Positions 22,215-33,300 of a stretch of DNA of 64,000 nt are shown here, piece by piece; positions within the stretch are counted from its first letter, which is position 1, and every line of letters starts with the position of its first letter. This DNA comes from Eimeria praecox (Eukaryota): NCBI GenBank assembly GCA_963920595.1, contig OY986948.1, positions 4,650,001 to 4,714,000 on the forward strand, written 5' to 3'. Under the pieces are notes generated by a model. The model did not search any database, was not told where the DNA came from, and saw only the letters and a program-made list of their open reading frames with translations. A program made the translations under genes and the position numbers.

Positions 22215-24759
22215 TCAACGAATTTGCCTCGGCCTGGCGCAAGTGTATGACAAACCAGGTCTCAGAAACCCAGATTTGTCAAGGCATTTCACAAAGCTGT
22301 ATTCTGCAGCGTTAGGCAATATATACTGATTGGTGTTTACGATGTTCTGCTGGTCTGCTTTGCCACCCAAATGCAGTTTCCACACAGCGCTGCACTAATA
22401 CATGAACACCATGCTTTTATTCGGGTGTACCGAAGCTCACCCAGAGAGTCCAAAACGTGGTAAAAATTGTCACCGTCGAACGCGTAGAGGCATGACCTAG
22501 TCGTCATATATAAATAATCATTATAACGTGACGGAGAGCAATCCTGCAAGCAAGCAATAACTTCTCAAGTTTGGGCTTGCTTGTAGCTTGGGTGCATTCT
22601 TCTTCGTGATAAAGAATAATGACATGTGGGGGGCGTTGGCCGACACCTACTAGGAGCTGCAGAAATTGATTGAAATCGTTGGAGCAGTAGGCGGCGTTGA
22701 AGGTTTTGCACAGCTCAACCGTGCACTCAGAATCTGCATTCAAAGAATGTAGAGCAAACGATGCTGGCTCTCGGCAACAGGGTTGAGAGAAAGCAATGAC
22801 TTCACGCTATACCAAACCCCACCACTTATAGCTTTAAGCCTTGATATACTGGGATGCCAATTGGGTTCGCCAGGTTCAGGTAAAACTATGAGCAAGTCAT
22901 CTTCCTTGAGAGCCTACAGATGATTAAGCAGAAACACAACTCCTATATGGCATCACCGCTGCCCCACATCCAGCTGAAAGCCGGTAACTGGCACTGCCAT
23001 GCTTGTCATGCATGTCACTGTCATGCATGCCATGCACTGTCATGATCCAAAGTGCTTGGCTGCGCCAACGTCCCACCTCCAACAATGCTTCAGGTGATTC
23101 AGTAAAAAGGCTGCTGTATTGCTTATGCACGAGCGCGAGCCACTGAGGGACCACCACCTACATTGAGACAACGCAAGAACACACCGCTCGGGAAATGCGC
23201 CTCTTGCCTACTCTACAGAAGCAAAGCAAATCCACGCCCTTCCAAAACACACATCTTCTGTCCCATGCGCAGCGTCATTTTTTTCCTAATCTTGGCAGCT
23301 CCTCGTGACGCGCCAAGACAAGGCATGCTCGCAATCGCTAAGCCACGTCGATGCTATCAAAGCCCTCGCGGTCAGCCAGCATCTTGCAGCAATCGACAAG
23401 CACCTCGTTTCTGCCTTACCCTAACAGGAAAAGAAAGCTCCGCAAAGTGTGCCACTGCAGTGGCAATTCCCAACGGTGACAATCTTCGCCTTCCACCATG
23501 GTGTAATGCCACGTCCACCCCGTCGATGAGCACCTGACGGACTATGTGGTAGTCGTCGCAAGCCTGCGCCACCAGTGTGCCGGCTATGCGTTTTGCAGGT
23601 AAACAGGGCAGGAATTGTCGTGTGCTAGGTTTGAGAAGGCTCATTCACAGGCAAGTTCGGAAATGATATCCGCACAGCCGCTTCCGATAACGTTTGTTGA
23701 TAACAACCATCCACCGCCTTTCGACGCTTTCATAGGATGACAAATGGCCCCAGATTCACTCTGCCAGTATTGCTTACCTCCAAGTCCACCTTTGGAAATG
23801 CGCGCCACAACGCCACTTGGGCCGTTCGGCAAGGCTTCCTACCCGGCGGCGTGGCTCGCCCTGATACAGACAGCACTCCCCGTTATACACCGCCTAAGGC
23901 TTCTTTTCAAAGGAAAGAAGCTTTAAACCGAAATCTCTCCAAAGGGGTTCGATAATTCACAGGAAGTGAAAAACCAAGACCCGCAAACAAATCCCAAGGA
24001 CCCTCTGCAAGCAGCATGTTTTTGTGCAGATCGGGAATACGCACGCGTAAAATGCCTCTCACGACGCCCTCTGCGGACTAGTTGAAAGCCCTCGACGTTG
24101 GTAGAGCTCTACAAGACACGAAACTTCAGCCGAAAAACAGCATAACGCTGTGACGCTGTTGCCGTCGCACAAAAGAGAACCTGTCCCAGCCAGTTCTATC
24201 ACTGTGTACCTAGAGCTATTACGCATTTCGAAGTCAAGAGTAAGTAGCTGATGCCTCTTCAAGGGGAGTAACTCTGGAAGGTATCTTACGACGGATATGC
24301 TAAGCCTTGACGGACGCGGAGCTGCAGGGCCATGGCATGAGGACTCGCTGTGGGCGCCAATGTAGTTCCGTTGCACATCAGGCTGCCAAGGCGTCCTATG
24401 ATCATGCACAGCGCTATCCTGCAACGAAACCGGAGACCAGCCAAAAGGTTACTCCTCAGACCTTGCACAATAGGCGGGCAACTTTGGCCCTCCTTGGCAA
24501 CGCTCACGGTTCGAGTTATAAAGGCCCGAGGCCCCCCAGCGCCCCCCAATGGCAATGCGATATGGCTTTGCGCATTTGAACAAAATGGATCTATAGCATA
24601 CGGCCTCCCCTCTATATCAAGCTCCAGACGACCCCAAGACTCGCGATATGCATGCTGTAGCAGCTGGCATTCCGAATCCGCCAAAAACCTCCAGGTAGTT
24701 GAGGGTCCGTCGCTCTCCGCTGGCTTCCACCGCCAGGTTAAAGGCGAAGGAGTCGGCAT
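22215..24759 (-). CDS. WWE domain + Zc3h12a/Regnase-1-like NYN ribonuclease fusion protein (~366 aa, 10 exons)
   Basis: Exons 24759-24508, 24418-24290, 24108-24063, 23860-23778, 23563-23420, 23157-23077, 22913-22823, 22733-22651, 22543-22441, 22303-22215; all GT-AG, phase-compatible, 1101 nt with stop. WWE: WRWK..TWRFLADSECQLLQHAY..LELDIEGRPYAIDPF. NYN: RQVLIDGVDVALHHG..SPLGIATAVAHF..VVVPQW..LKEDDLLIVLP..DSECTVELC..YCSND..RSCLYAFDGDNF..LDSL. Linker exons 2-4 are the least certain. Confidence 0.8.
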
Positions 24760-25484
24760 CTTCGATCCAAGGCAAGTCGACGCACCTGCTATACCGTCCA
24801 ACAGCCCCACCGGCAAGCCACCCGCTTCAATCCGGGGGCGTCCAATATTCTGAATGCGGAGTTTTTCACTAGATTCTTCCAGCACCTCAGTCCCCAAAAG
24901 GTTAGGTAGGGACAAGTAAAATAAGCAAACCGAGGGTGCACCGACCGCAGCGACAGCGCCCCCTATTACAAACAAGTCTCAGCGGGTAACAACTCCGTAA
25001 TAGCGGCATTGAGGACAGAACACACTTATCTGAGCACTGTTAACAGATGCAACAACTTATTTTCTACCTGTACTTCACCGCAAGGTGAGGCACATGTCCA
25101 AGCATCTCATGAAGCCCCAGTACGCCTCTCAATGGACCAGGAGAACTGCCCGAGCACTAGCGCACGATGCACATTTGGAAGCTCAAACGAGAGCATTACT
25201 ACACACAATACTTATTTCGTGAGCCCTACTTTTCATTGTAGTTTATTAAGAGGTGTTTTGCGTGTCGTGCTAGTAGGATTTTGGTGTGCTGCATTGGCGT
25301 TGGCTCTTTCGACACCGTCTTGGCGGATGCCCACCCAATATATAAGGTGGCAGAAAGGCTGCTTGCGGATATCATGGTATGCAGAGTTAGCTGCATGTGA
25401 GCTGTCTGAGCTGTGCAAAGTTATTCTGGCCATGTCTGTGAGGGCGTATACTATTTCATACCGTGACTACGGTGTCAAGGTTCA
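24760..25484. promoter_or_regulatory. Putative bidirectional promoter/5'UTR region between divergent WWE-NYN and membrane-protein genes (duplicate at 15277-15983)
   Basis: About 0.7 kb between divergent start codons; contains caatatataagg and TGCATG. Function inferred from geometry only. Confidence 0.35.
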
Positions 25485-26590
25485 ATGAACCTCACTGCGG
25501 ACTGCCTCCAGCCTGGAGGCCAGCCTTCTGGCGAGAATTGGGATGCTAAGGTTGTGCCAGAATCTGAAATGCTAATTCGACTCAGCTATGGAGACCAGGC
25601 TTCTCCTGTCAGGGCTGCTTGGAGCGGGAGGCCCTCACCCCGTTCCCCGAGTTGCTTGTCAGCTGTGACCTTAACTTTATTGGCGGTAGTGTGCTTTCTG
25701 TTGATTTGCTCTTACAGTGAACGGTTTAAGCGTTGGTTGGGGAAGACGTTCAGATCACTTGCAGACGGGAACGATGGACCATGCCAGCCCAGCAATGACT
25801 CTGGTGACGGGGACAAGCGAGGGCACCGGCCAATTTGGCGACCTGGTGAACTTTCTGAACAGCCTTTTCCTGATACAGGTACCGACTTAGAGGCCTACGG
25901 AGATGGCCTAATGGAGCCTTTAAGAGAGCCGACACGAAATGCTTCAGCTGAAGGTCAGTCACCCGGTGACCTGTGGACTGCAGGAGCTGAAGGGCCCTCC
26001 GTTCACCCCTTTCATGAGCGAGTAGATGACGCGCTTTTGCGTTCTTGTGGGGGAGGGAACTGCTTAGAACGAAGGTGGGGAACTGAGGCAACGTCTGAGG
26101 GGGGCGCAACGTTCTAGGCACTCCTGCAGAGGTTAGGAGCTCGTGTGCTTTGGGACGGCAGTCTCTGCAGCACAGATATACGGGGCTTAAAGAGGATATG
26201 CCTACACTGCACCGTCACGATAAGACGAAAGAGGCATTTCTTGGAGGATGTTCAGAACAACGGGATGCTGGGGAAGGCCAAGCGTTTCGAGGGGAGGGGG
26301 AGGGGGCTGGATTGGAAGGTGGATTTTCACCATCAGCAGTTAAGAACGAAATTGTAAGATTTTTCAGTGAGCTGAGGGGCGCCTTAGCAAAGTGCAGCTC
26401 GCTTATGCCCAGGTTAAATATAGGCCATGCTCAAAGTTTGACTTGGATGATTTTACGATTAGCAACCCTGGACCTGGCTGTTTTTGTACGCGTCCCAAGC
26501 GACATTCAGGTTCATAGAAGTGAGTTGGGAAGTGCCATTCATGACCTTGCTTCGGAGCATCTTCCATACACCGTGAAATTGGGGAGATCA
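25485..26590 (+). pseudogene. Frameshifted, 3'-truncated copy of the 15984-17930 membrane protein gene
   Basis: Near-identical to copy A for ~209 codons; a 4-bp deletion (acgTCTAttctag to acgttctag) gives TAG at 26115-26117; homology ends at ~26590, so the last ~280 codons are missing. Confidence 0.85.
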
Positions 26591-29500
26591 AACGATACGC
26601 TCACTCAGAAAAACGTCACACTTTTGCTCAGCTTACATTTTCGTTAAGATATCCACGGCGGCAGGGCGGCACCACTTCTTTGCCAGCCGAGCAAAATCTA
26701 AAGCAAATGGCGGCAAATTTGACCGTGTCTCAAACGTTTAGGCGGATGCTCTGGAGAGTGTTGGGATGCATATTATATCCGGAAAGGTAAGATGCTGGAT
26801 GAAGACAATATCCATTTATAGTTCCTCTGCGCTCTGCAGGTTTCGTGCGCTAAGCGGAAAACATTTGGTAGAAAGGTGTTCCAGTCTGTGGCATCGGTAT
26901 AATAAGAAAAGTGAAGAGTGATTAGTTGGGTAACCAAAAGGGCCTTTCTAGGTTTTCGTGGAGGGCGCCACTGCATACGTGACCGCGTATGATGTACCAG
27001 GACAAATGCCATGAAGGAAGAGCTTTCGCAAGGGCCACCACGTCATTATAACAGCTGGAGCAGTATCTGCATTTGCAAAAGTGGAGACAAACTACACACA
27101 TACCGTACATGATGCAGTATGCGTGCAGTTCAAGCTGACGAGGGCAGATGCGCATGGCTACTGGTAATTCACTGTAAATAGCATAGCATAGCGGTCTTGG
27201 GTCCCTCCTCGGTAGCGACCGCATGGACAGAGAATGGAGGCAGCTGCAGGCGCAAGACGTCCTTTCCTAATTGGGCATGGCTGTCGCCAGCACTGGGCTA
27301 GGTGTATATCCTTTGTATGATACCGGACGGTATTTCAATATTGCCTGAGGATCGTGCATATAATTCGTGAAATGGACAGTCTAACTGTGGAGCTTAACTG
27401 AGTATTTAGCTTTAACGTGGGCGCATGGTAATCACTTGTTTGGGCTTTCAGCCTCCCTTTCTACGGGACCCCGTAAACTCGCCCAGCCAGGCGCACGGGC
27501 AGAAACATAAACAGTATTGCAGAATCCACGGAGATTAAAACTGAGCAGGAAACCGCCCAAGGGGAAAGACGCGCCTCTTCACCAGCTCTTGTCTATCTGC
27601 TGGCTGTGTCATTTCTCACTAGTTGCCCTCTTCTTGCGCTTGTAAAAGCTTTTGCGGTGGGATTAGCTTGGCGAGTTTCATTTCCGTCCTGGTTGTCCTT
27701 GTCATCAGCATCGTAAGCCAGTATGCCTTTCATGGTGATGCGTTGGGATGGCCTAATAGATATTGGGAAGCCTTCCTTGGTTTACCATGCAATATTCTTT
27801 GCAAGGCCGGTGAATGTATTTGACCGTTGAAATGGGCAGCGCCTGTGTTCGCATGTTTTCTTCATGTGCATGGCCACTGGATCTCAGGCAAAACGCAATT
27901 CTTGGCTGCCAGCTTCATATGCATTGTATCACGTCTCCTAAGGCATGCATGCAAATGCCTGCTTTATGAAACAAGCAAGCAGGCAGTTCACTTAGGTTTC
28001 TTTAACAGTTGGCTGAAAGTGGGCCGGTATAACAGCTGTACAAGCTTGTGCATTCCTATGACAGCGTGCAAGGCTCCAAGGAAGACGCACAGTATGGTTG
28101 AACAGGTGGTTTGGTTAGGTGAGGAGACTTTGCTGTGGCAGTTTCTGGTGTTGTGAAGCCTGCTCCCCTTCCACTTCCACTTAAGGTGTTCTACTCGTCT
28201 TAAATGGGTTAGCAGTTGTGAGGCACCTCCACTCGTTGCGGCCCCTGCTGTCAGGTGGTTAGAACGCAGTAGAGGTTCTCATCGCCTGTCACGTGCGGGG
28301 GCTCACTGCGGCCGGCACCCTTAGATGGCGTCGCTCCGGGGCCCTCTGTAGCCCTTCGATCTGGCTGGTAGGCTGTAGACCTCATTGTTTTCGCAGAAGC
28401 AGGGGAATGCGGATAAGGTTTCAAAGCAGCCTGCTGGCACAGGCGTCGGCAGTGGCAAATATAGCCAGAGGTTACAGCCAGATTCTGTGGGGGCCTCTAC
28501 AATCAATGGCATCCTTGTGGGCATCCTAACTGATTAGAAACCCATTGAGGATTATTATGTAGGTCCTCCAGTGCTTTAACCGCCCTTCTGTAGACGCTAT
28601 TGCCAATCCCGTTACAGGCTAGACGACATACAACGGGGATGAGGGCAGCGCGGTTCCCTGGGACTACCTGCACACCGGTCTCAAACCTCCTGCCTGCAAA
28701 AACGAATAATTTTGTAACCGGAAGACTTGGCTGGAGTTGGTTGGAGCATGCAAGGGTGCGCGATCAGCTGAGAGCCGACAGCGTTTACTTGAACCCTTGT
28801 GCTCCCAATAGGCCTATCTTACACTCTAACCAAGCGTCCTCTGAGCAGCTAACTGATACTCCCACCAAATTCTAAGCACCCTAACCTTAACACATTTCAT
28901 GTAGGTCTTTCTGGTGTGGGGATATATATTGCTTTTATTGACCACGAGGTCTCTACGGCAGTTATTGAGCTTCTACAATGCGCCGCTCCAGCTACTAGGA
29001 TCAAAAGACGATTTAATAAATACATTTTTAATCTCGCGTGACGAGCGGTGTGTTTAAGGCAAGTAAGGATGCGCCCATGTTTTGGGGATCCGTTAATGGT
29101 GGAATATTAAGCACGAACAAAGATTACTACCCTCTATGTTCAATCGGAAAAAAATGGTTGCAACAGGGGGCCCATTCGCCGGCAGTTATGGATAGCTACC
29201 TCTGACGAATTGGCTTCTGCTGGTTGTTGTCAAGCCGTATTGGCTAGCTGGCAGCTCAAGCGAATCATTGCTTCTTCCCGAATTCCTCTATTTTATTGCC
29301 GCATAAGGTTACACTGCCGGAAATGCCCGGAATTACGCTGGTTTTTCACTGGCACCTTTATCGGAATGAGCCAAAGCCTTCCATGAGTAAAACGCTTGCA
29401 CTGCAGCATTGCTATAACCACCAACCCGCAAATGACACGAACCAACTATGGAACCGTATTCGTGCCCAGCCAAGACCTGAAGGACTGCTGGTTGCCACTC

Positions 29501-29609
29501 GATGGATGCGTTGCAGCAAGGGGAGAGCGTATTCATCTCCTGTGCGCGTGGCTTCATGGATTCAAAAAAGCATCTGGCGTCTACCAATTTAAGGAATTCA
29601 GCTGATATT

Positions 29610-30270
29610 CTAGGAGCACTGCGCATCATCGCTAGCGGCTCTCAAACCATCGCTGCCGCTGGTGCTGATTGATGCTGCTTGCGTTGATGATACCATCTCT
29701 TGGTGGGGCTGCTGAGCACGTGAAAGGTTCACGGGTGACTCCAAAAGGTCGACGCAAAGCAACAACAGCAGACTGCCGCCTCCTCGACCTGCAAATAAAT
29801 AGACCAAAAGCACATTTCTCCGCATAACCGCTTCGAGGAGTGTCTTTTCACGCGCTACAAATTCTCGAATGCATCCGAACTGGAGTGCACACCAACAGCG
29901 CAACACTGGTCCAGATACCTATGCAACAGAGCGAACTGCTTTACAAAGGTATGCGAAACTAGGGTGATCAATGTGCATCCGCACCTCCTTACTACCCGTC
30001 GTATCCCCATGAACAAAGCCGTAATGCACATGAGTACCACCAGGAACTCCACTGCTGCAATTAGCTCCCTCGGAACTGCTTCTTTCAGCCACTCAGGCAG
30101 CCAATCAGTCAGGAACGCAAGGAGTTCAAACTTTTGTTTCGCTGCTGAAAGGTCGTAGAAAGTATACCTTTCTTTGGAGGACACACACAAGGACACGGAA
30201 AAGAGATGCTCATTACTGAAGAGCAGCCCTTGGCGCAAACCCTTGTCTGGGCGGGTATAACTAGTGTTGG

Positions 30271-30354
<84 letters not shown>

Positions 30355-33300
30355 TTACTCACCAATCGTGGTGTAGGAGGCGTACTCGCCGAATGGCCCA
30401 GTCCTGAGTGATGACAGTGGTTCTGCAAGTTGTTCCTGAAGCGCGAGGAGAACTTCAGCTGCTGTGAGCTGCCTTAGATTGTCTGACCCGTCTGAATACG
30501 ATGCCCCCTCCGCTGTCGGAGGGTGAATCCGAATTGCAGCATTGATGCTTCCTTCATAGATTCTAGAGACTTCAAGACGCTTCCGATCACCTAGGGCTGG
30601 GATTGCCTGCAGAACGAAATGCTGACAAATAGATGCTGCATTCACACATCTCCATGAGGCAGAAATGTAGATGTTTCAGAACTGGCAAAGGCCCTCCTTG
30701 GCGCCTTTTTGACGACGAGGACAAATATATGAAGGTGTTCCGACTGTTCTCAGAGAGGCAGAAGGAACGCCGTGTTGCGTCTGTGGCCGTCCACAGACAG
30801 TAATGGCGACTGTTAGGATCCCAAGCATTCATGCCATGCCAGAATTGCGGCTTCAACGTACCTGCAAGATAGCATCGATCAACGCCTCTTTAAGCATTTC
30901 CTTCCCTCCTGCCGCTGCGAGGGTTTTCTGATAGTCCATGGCAATCGAAATCTCTGCCTCAGCTGTAGAGGGGCTGGCAACACACTGACGGCCGTCGCCT
31001 TCGTAGCCGTCAATGCAACTGCAGAAGTATCCTCCGCTGGTGTTGATGCATGTTGCAACAGATGGAGAGGCGCAGCTTGCAAGGCCGGTGGAGCATTCAT
31101 CAACATCAACACAGCCTCCGCTGCTCAACCGCAGACAGCGATTGGCTCTCATTCTCTTTGTTGAAATTAATCAAGTGAGGACGACATCTTTGACGTGCAC
31201 AGGTATTTCTGCTCTCACGCTCGGTGTACTCAGCAATCTAAAAGCAAGTTTTGCTTTCTTGAGTGCTGCAAGTAAACCTTACTTGTCCATAGTGTACCCT
31301 TCGCGACAGCCACATGATCCATCGTCCAGGCAGTGCAAGGAAGGAGGACATAATGGGCGGTTATTTATATCTACACAAAGGCGATCTGGAGGGCTGTCAC
31401 AGGCCAGCAAAAGCAACGTATCGCGGCACCTCAGGGCTGCTCAACGAACGTCCTACTGCGTGCGGTTGTATGAAAGCCTGATCCAAGTGGCGCAAGGATG
31501 CTGACATCCTCCTAGTGCCTTTTTCGTCCTGTAGAAAAGCCCGTGGATGGTGTAACCGTACCTGTGGCCGTGATTACTAGGCCTGAAGATGCACCACAAC
31601 GTCTCACACCCCATATACCCACTGGTGGTACTTTCGCCTGCTTCTAAACTTGAGGGGTGATCTTCACTGACATACGCCTAATCTTGTAACGAGCTGCGGT
31701 CAAAAGGGTGTACTGCGGTGGCCAGAGAAGCTGTGTTGCCTCCTAGAATGCGCTTGTTGTATGCTTCCGCTTAGAAGTCTTAGTACCCTCCTGACTGCTA
31801 ATGGAACTTAACTGCTACTGTGGTTCACACTGGCTCAAGAAGCCTATGACGATTATTCTTAAGGCATGCCACCTCCTTAAGTAGCATGCAGACTGGCTGA
31901 CTGAAGGGGCGGACGTACATGCAGACATCCCTGCCGTCGCCAGTGTATCCAGGCTGTCGCATGTGACACAATAATGGAAAATGAGCGTATTAAGAGTGGT
32001 CGACCGTGCCACTTTAAAAACTGGCTATGCTCATTGCACGAATGACAAAGTTGGCACTTTGCTCTACCGGATTTTGCGCCAAAGGTGTGCTCCCCCGTGT
32101 TTATAAATGCTTGTTGTTTCTGCAACAGGAAGGACACCAGGTAGCTGCGTACTTTGCATATGCACCTATAACTGCCCTTCGTGTTAATGCAAATGGCCTT
32201 GCTGTGGCAAATCGCCCCTGCGAAGACTTCACACTCATTGATGTCGTCGCAGCTGGTTCCGTCTCCAGTATAGCCTTTCGGGCACCTGTAGATACGGAAA
32301 AGGGCGGTAGTGGCAGCTATTACGGGCCAAGCTCGAGAAACACATGTTCAGCTTCAAATAAATACGCATAATTTAATCCCACCGGAGCTGCATCTTAACT
32401 CAATAGCAAATTTTACTTGCTTGTCGTCAGGGCTCACCTACACACGTAACGCCCTCTCGGGCCTTCCCATATTGTTGCCACTAGCGGTGATTCCTGCGAA
32501 AGCGGGCAGATATGAGCAATATTGTGGCACTATAGGATAGGGTCAGAGCGCGCATACGTCGTTACCGGCATCCGAAGCTTAGAACAATGAGGCAGACAAA
32601 CAGGCAAGGCTGCCGAGCGCATATGATAGAAAACCGTATCAGAACGATACGACTGCAGAACTGCACAAGACCTGTGTGTAGCATCTTGCCTGAGAACTGG
32701 GCTTCATGGAGCTTTCCTCCGATTCCTCATGTCTGGCTTGACGGATTCCCATTATTCTGTCCGGATGGTTCTCAGACTGTTGAATCCCTCTCCCGTCAGA
32801 GATGTCTTCATAAGCTTCACAGAGGGCTATTTGAGAGCACCGATTCCCCAAGCAGGCACCCTTTGGCTATAGGTGGAGGCATGTTGCGCATTGCATACAC
32901 GAAAACATTAGACAGCATTTGCCCTCAGCAAGACAGCTCCGTCCCCCACCTGCATTTATCTGGCATGCATTTCGCATGCTGCGCCTATTTGCAGGATTAG
33001 ATGCTTCCTTATCTCACCTCTTGTTGGTCTAGAAGGCGTTCTGCAGCAGCATTCCGATGCGAGCAATCGCCTCGATCAAATCCATACCTACGGCAAACCA
33101 GTAGTATTAGGACAGTGGCACAGGCGATAACTCCATTCCCAATGGAAGTGCAAGTGGAGAACTTATTTACAAGTAAAGCTGCCTGCAGAGGGTTCTGGAT
33201 GCGGCTTCAGCGATAAAGAATACCTACGGTACAGTGTCGCAAAGCTCATCGCATATGCCGTCTCCTAGCCAGTGCGGCTGGCAAGTAGAAGGGGACGAGA

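Larger units (their letters stand above)
22290..26590 (+). repeat. Direct segmental duplication, copy B (partner 12850-17090)
   Basis: Same alignment as copy A; the ORF track shows identical peptides at offsets of ~9.5 kb. Confidence 0.95.

Noticed and set aside
24286..24975. 229-aa ORF (and twin at 14803-15492) as a complete single-exon gene
   Set aside because: Non-ATG start; only 24759-24508 fits as exon 1 of the spliced WWE-NYN gene.
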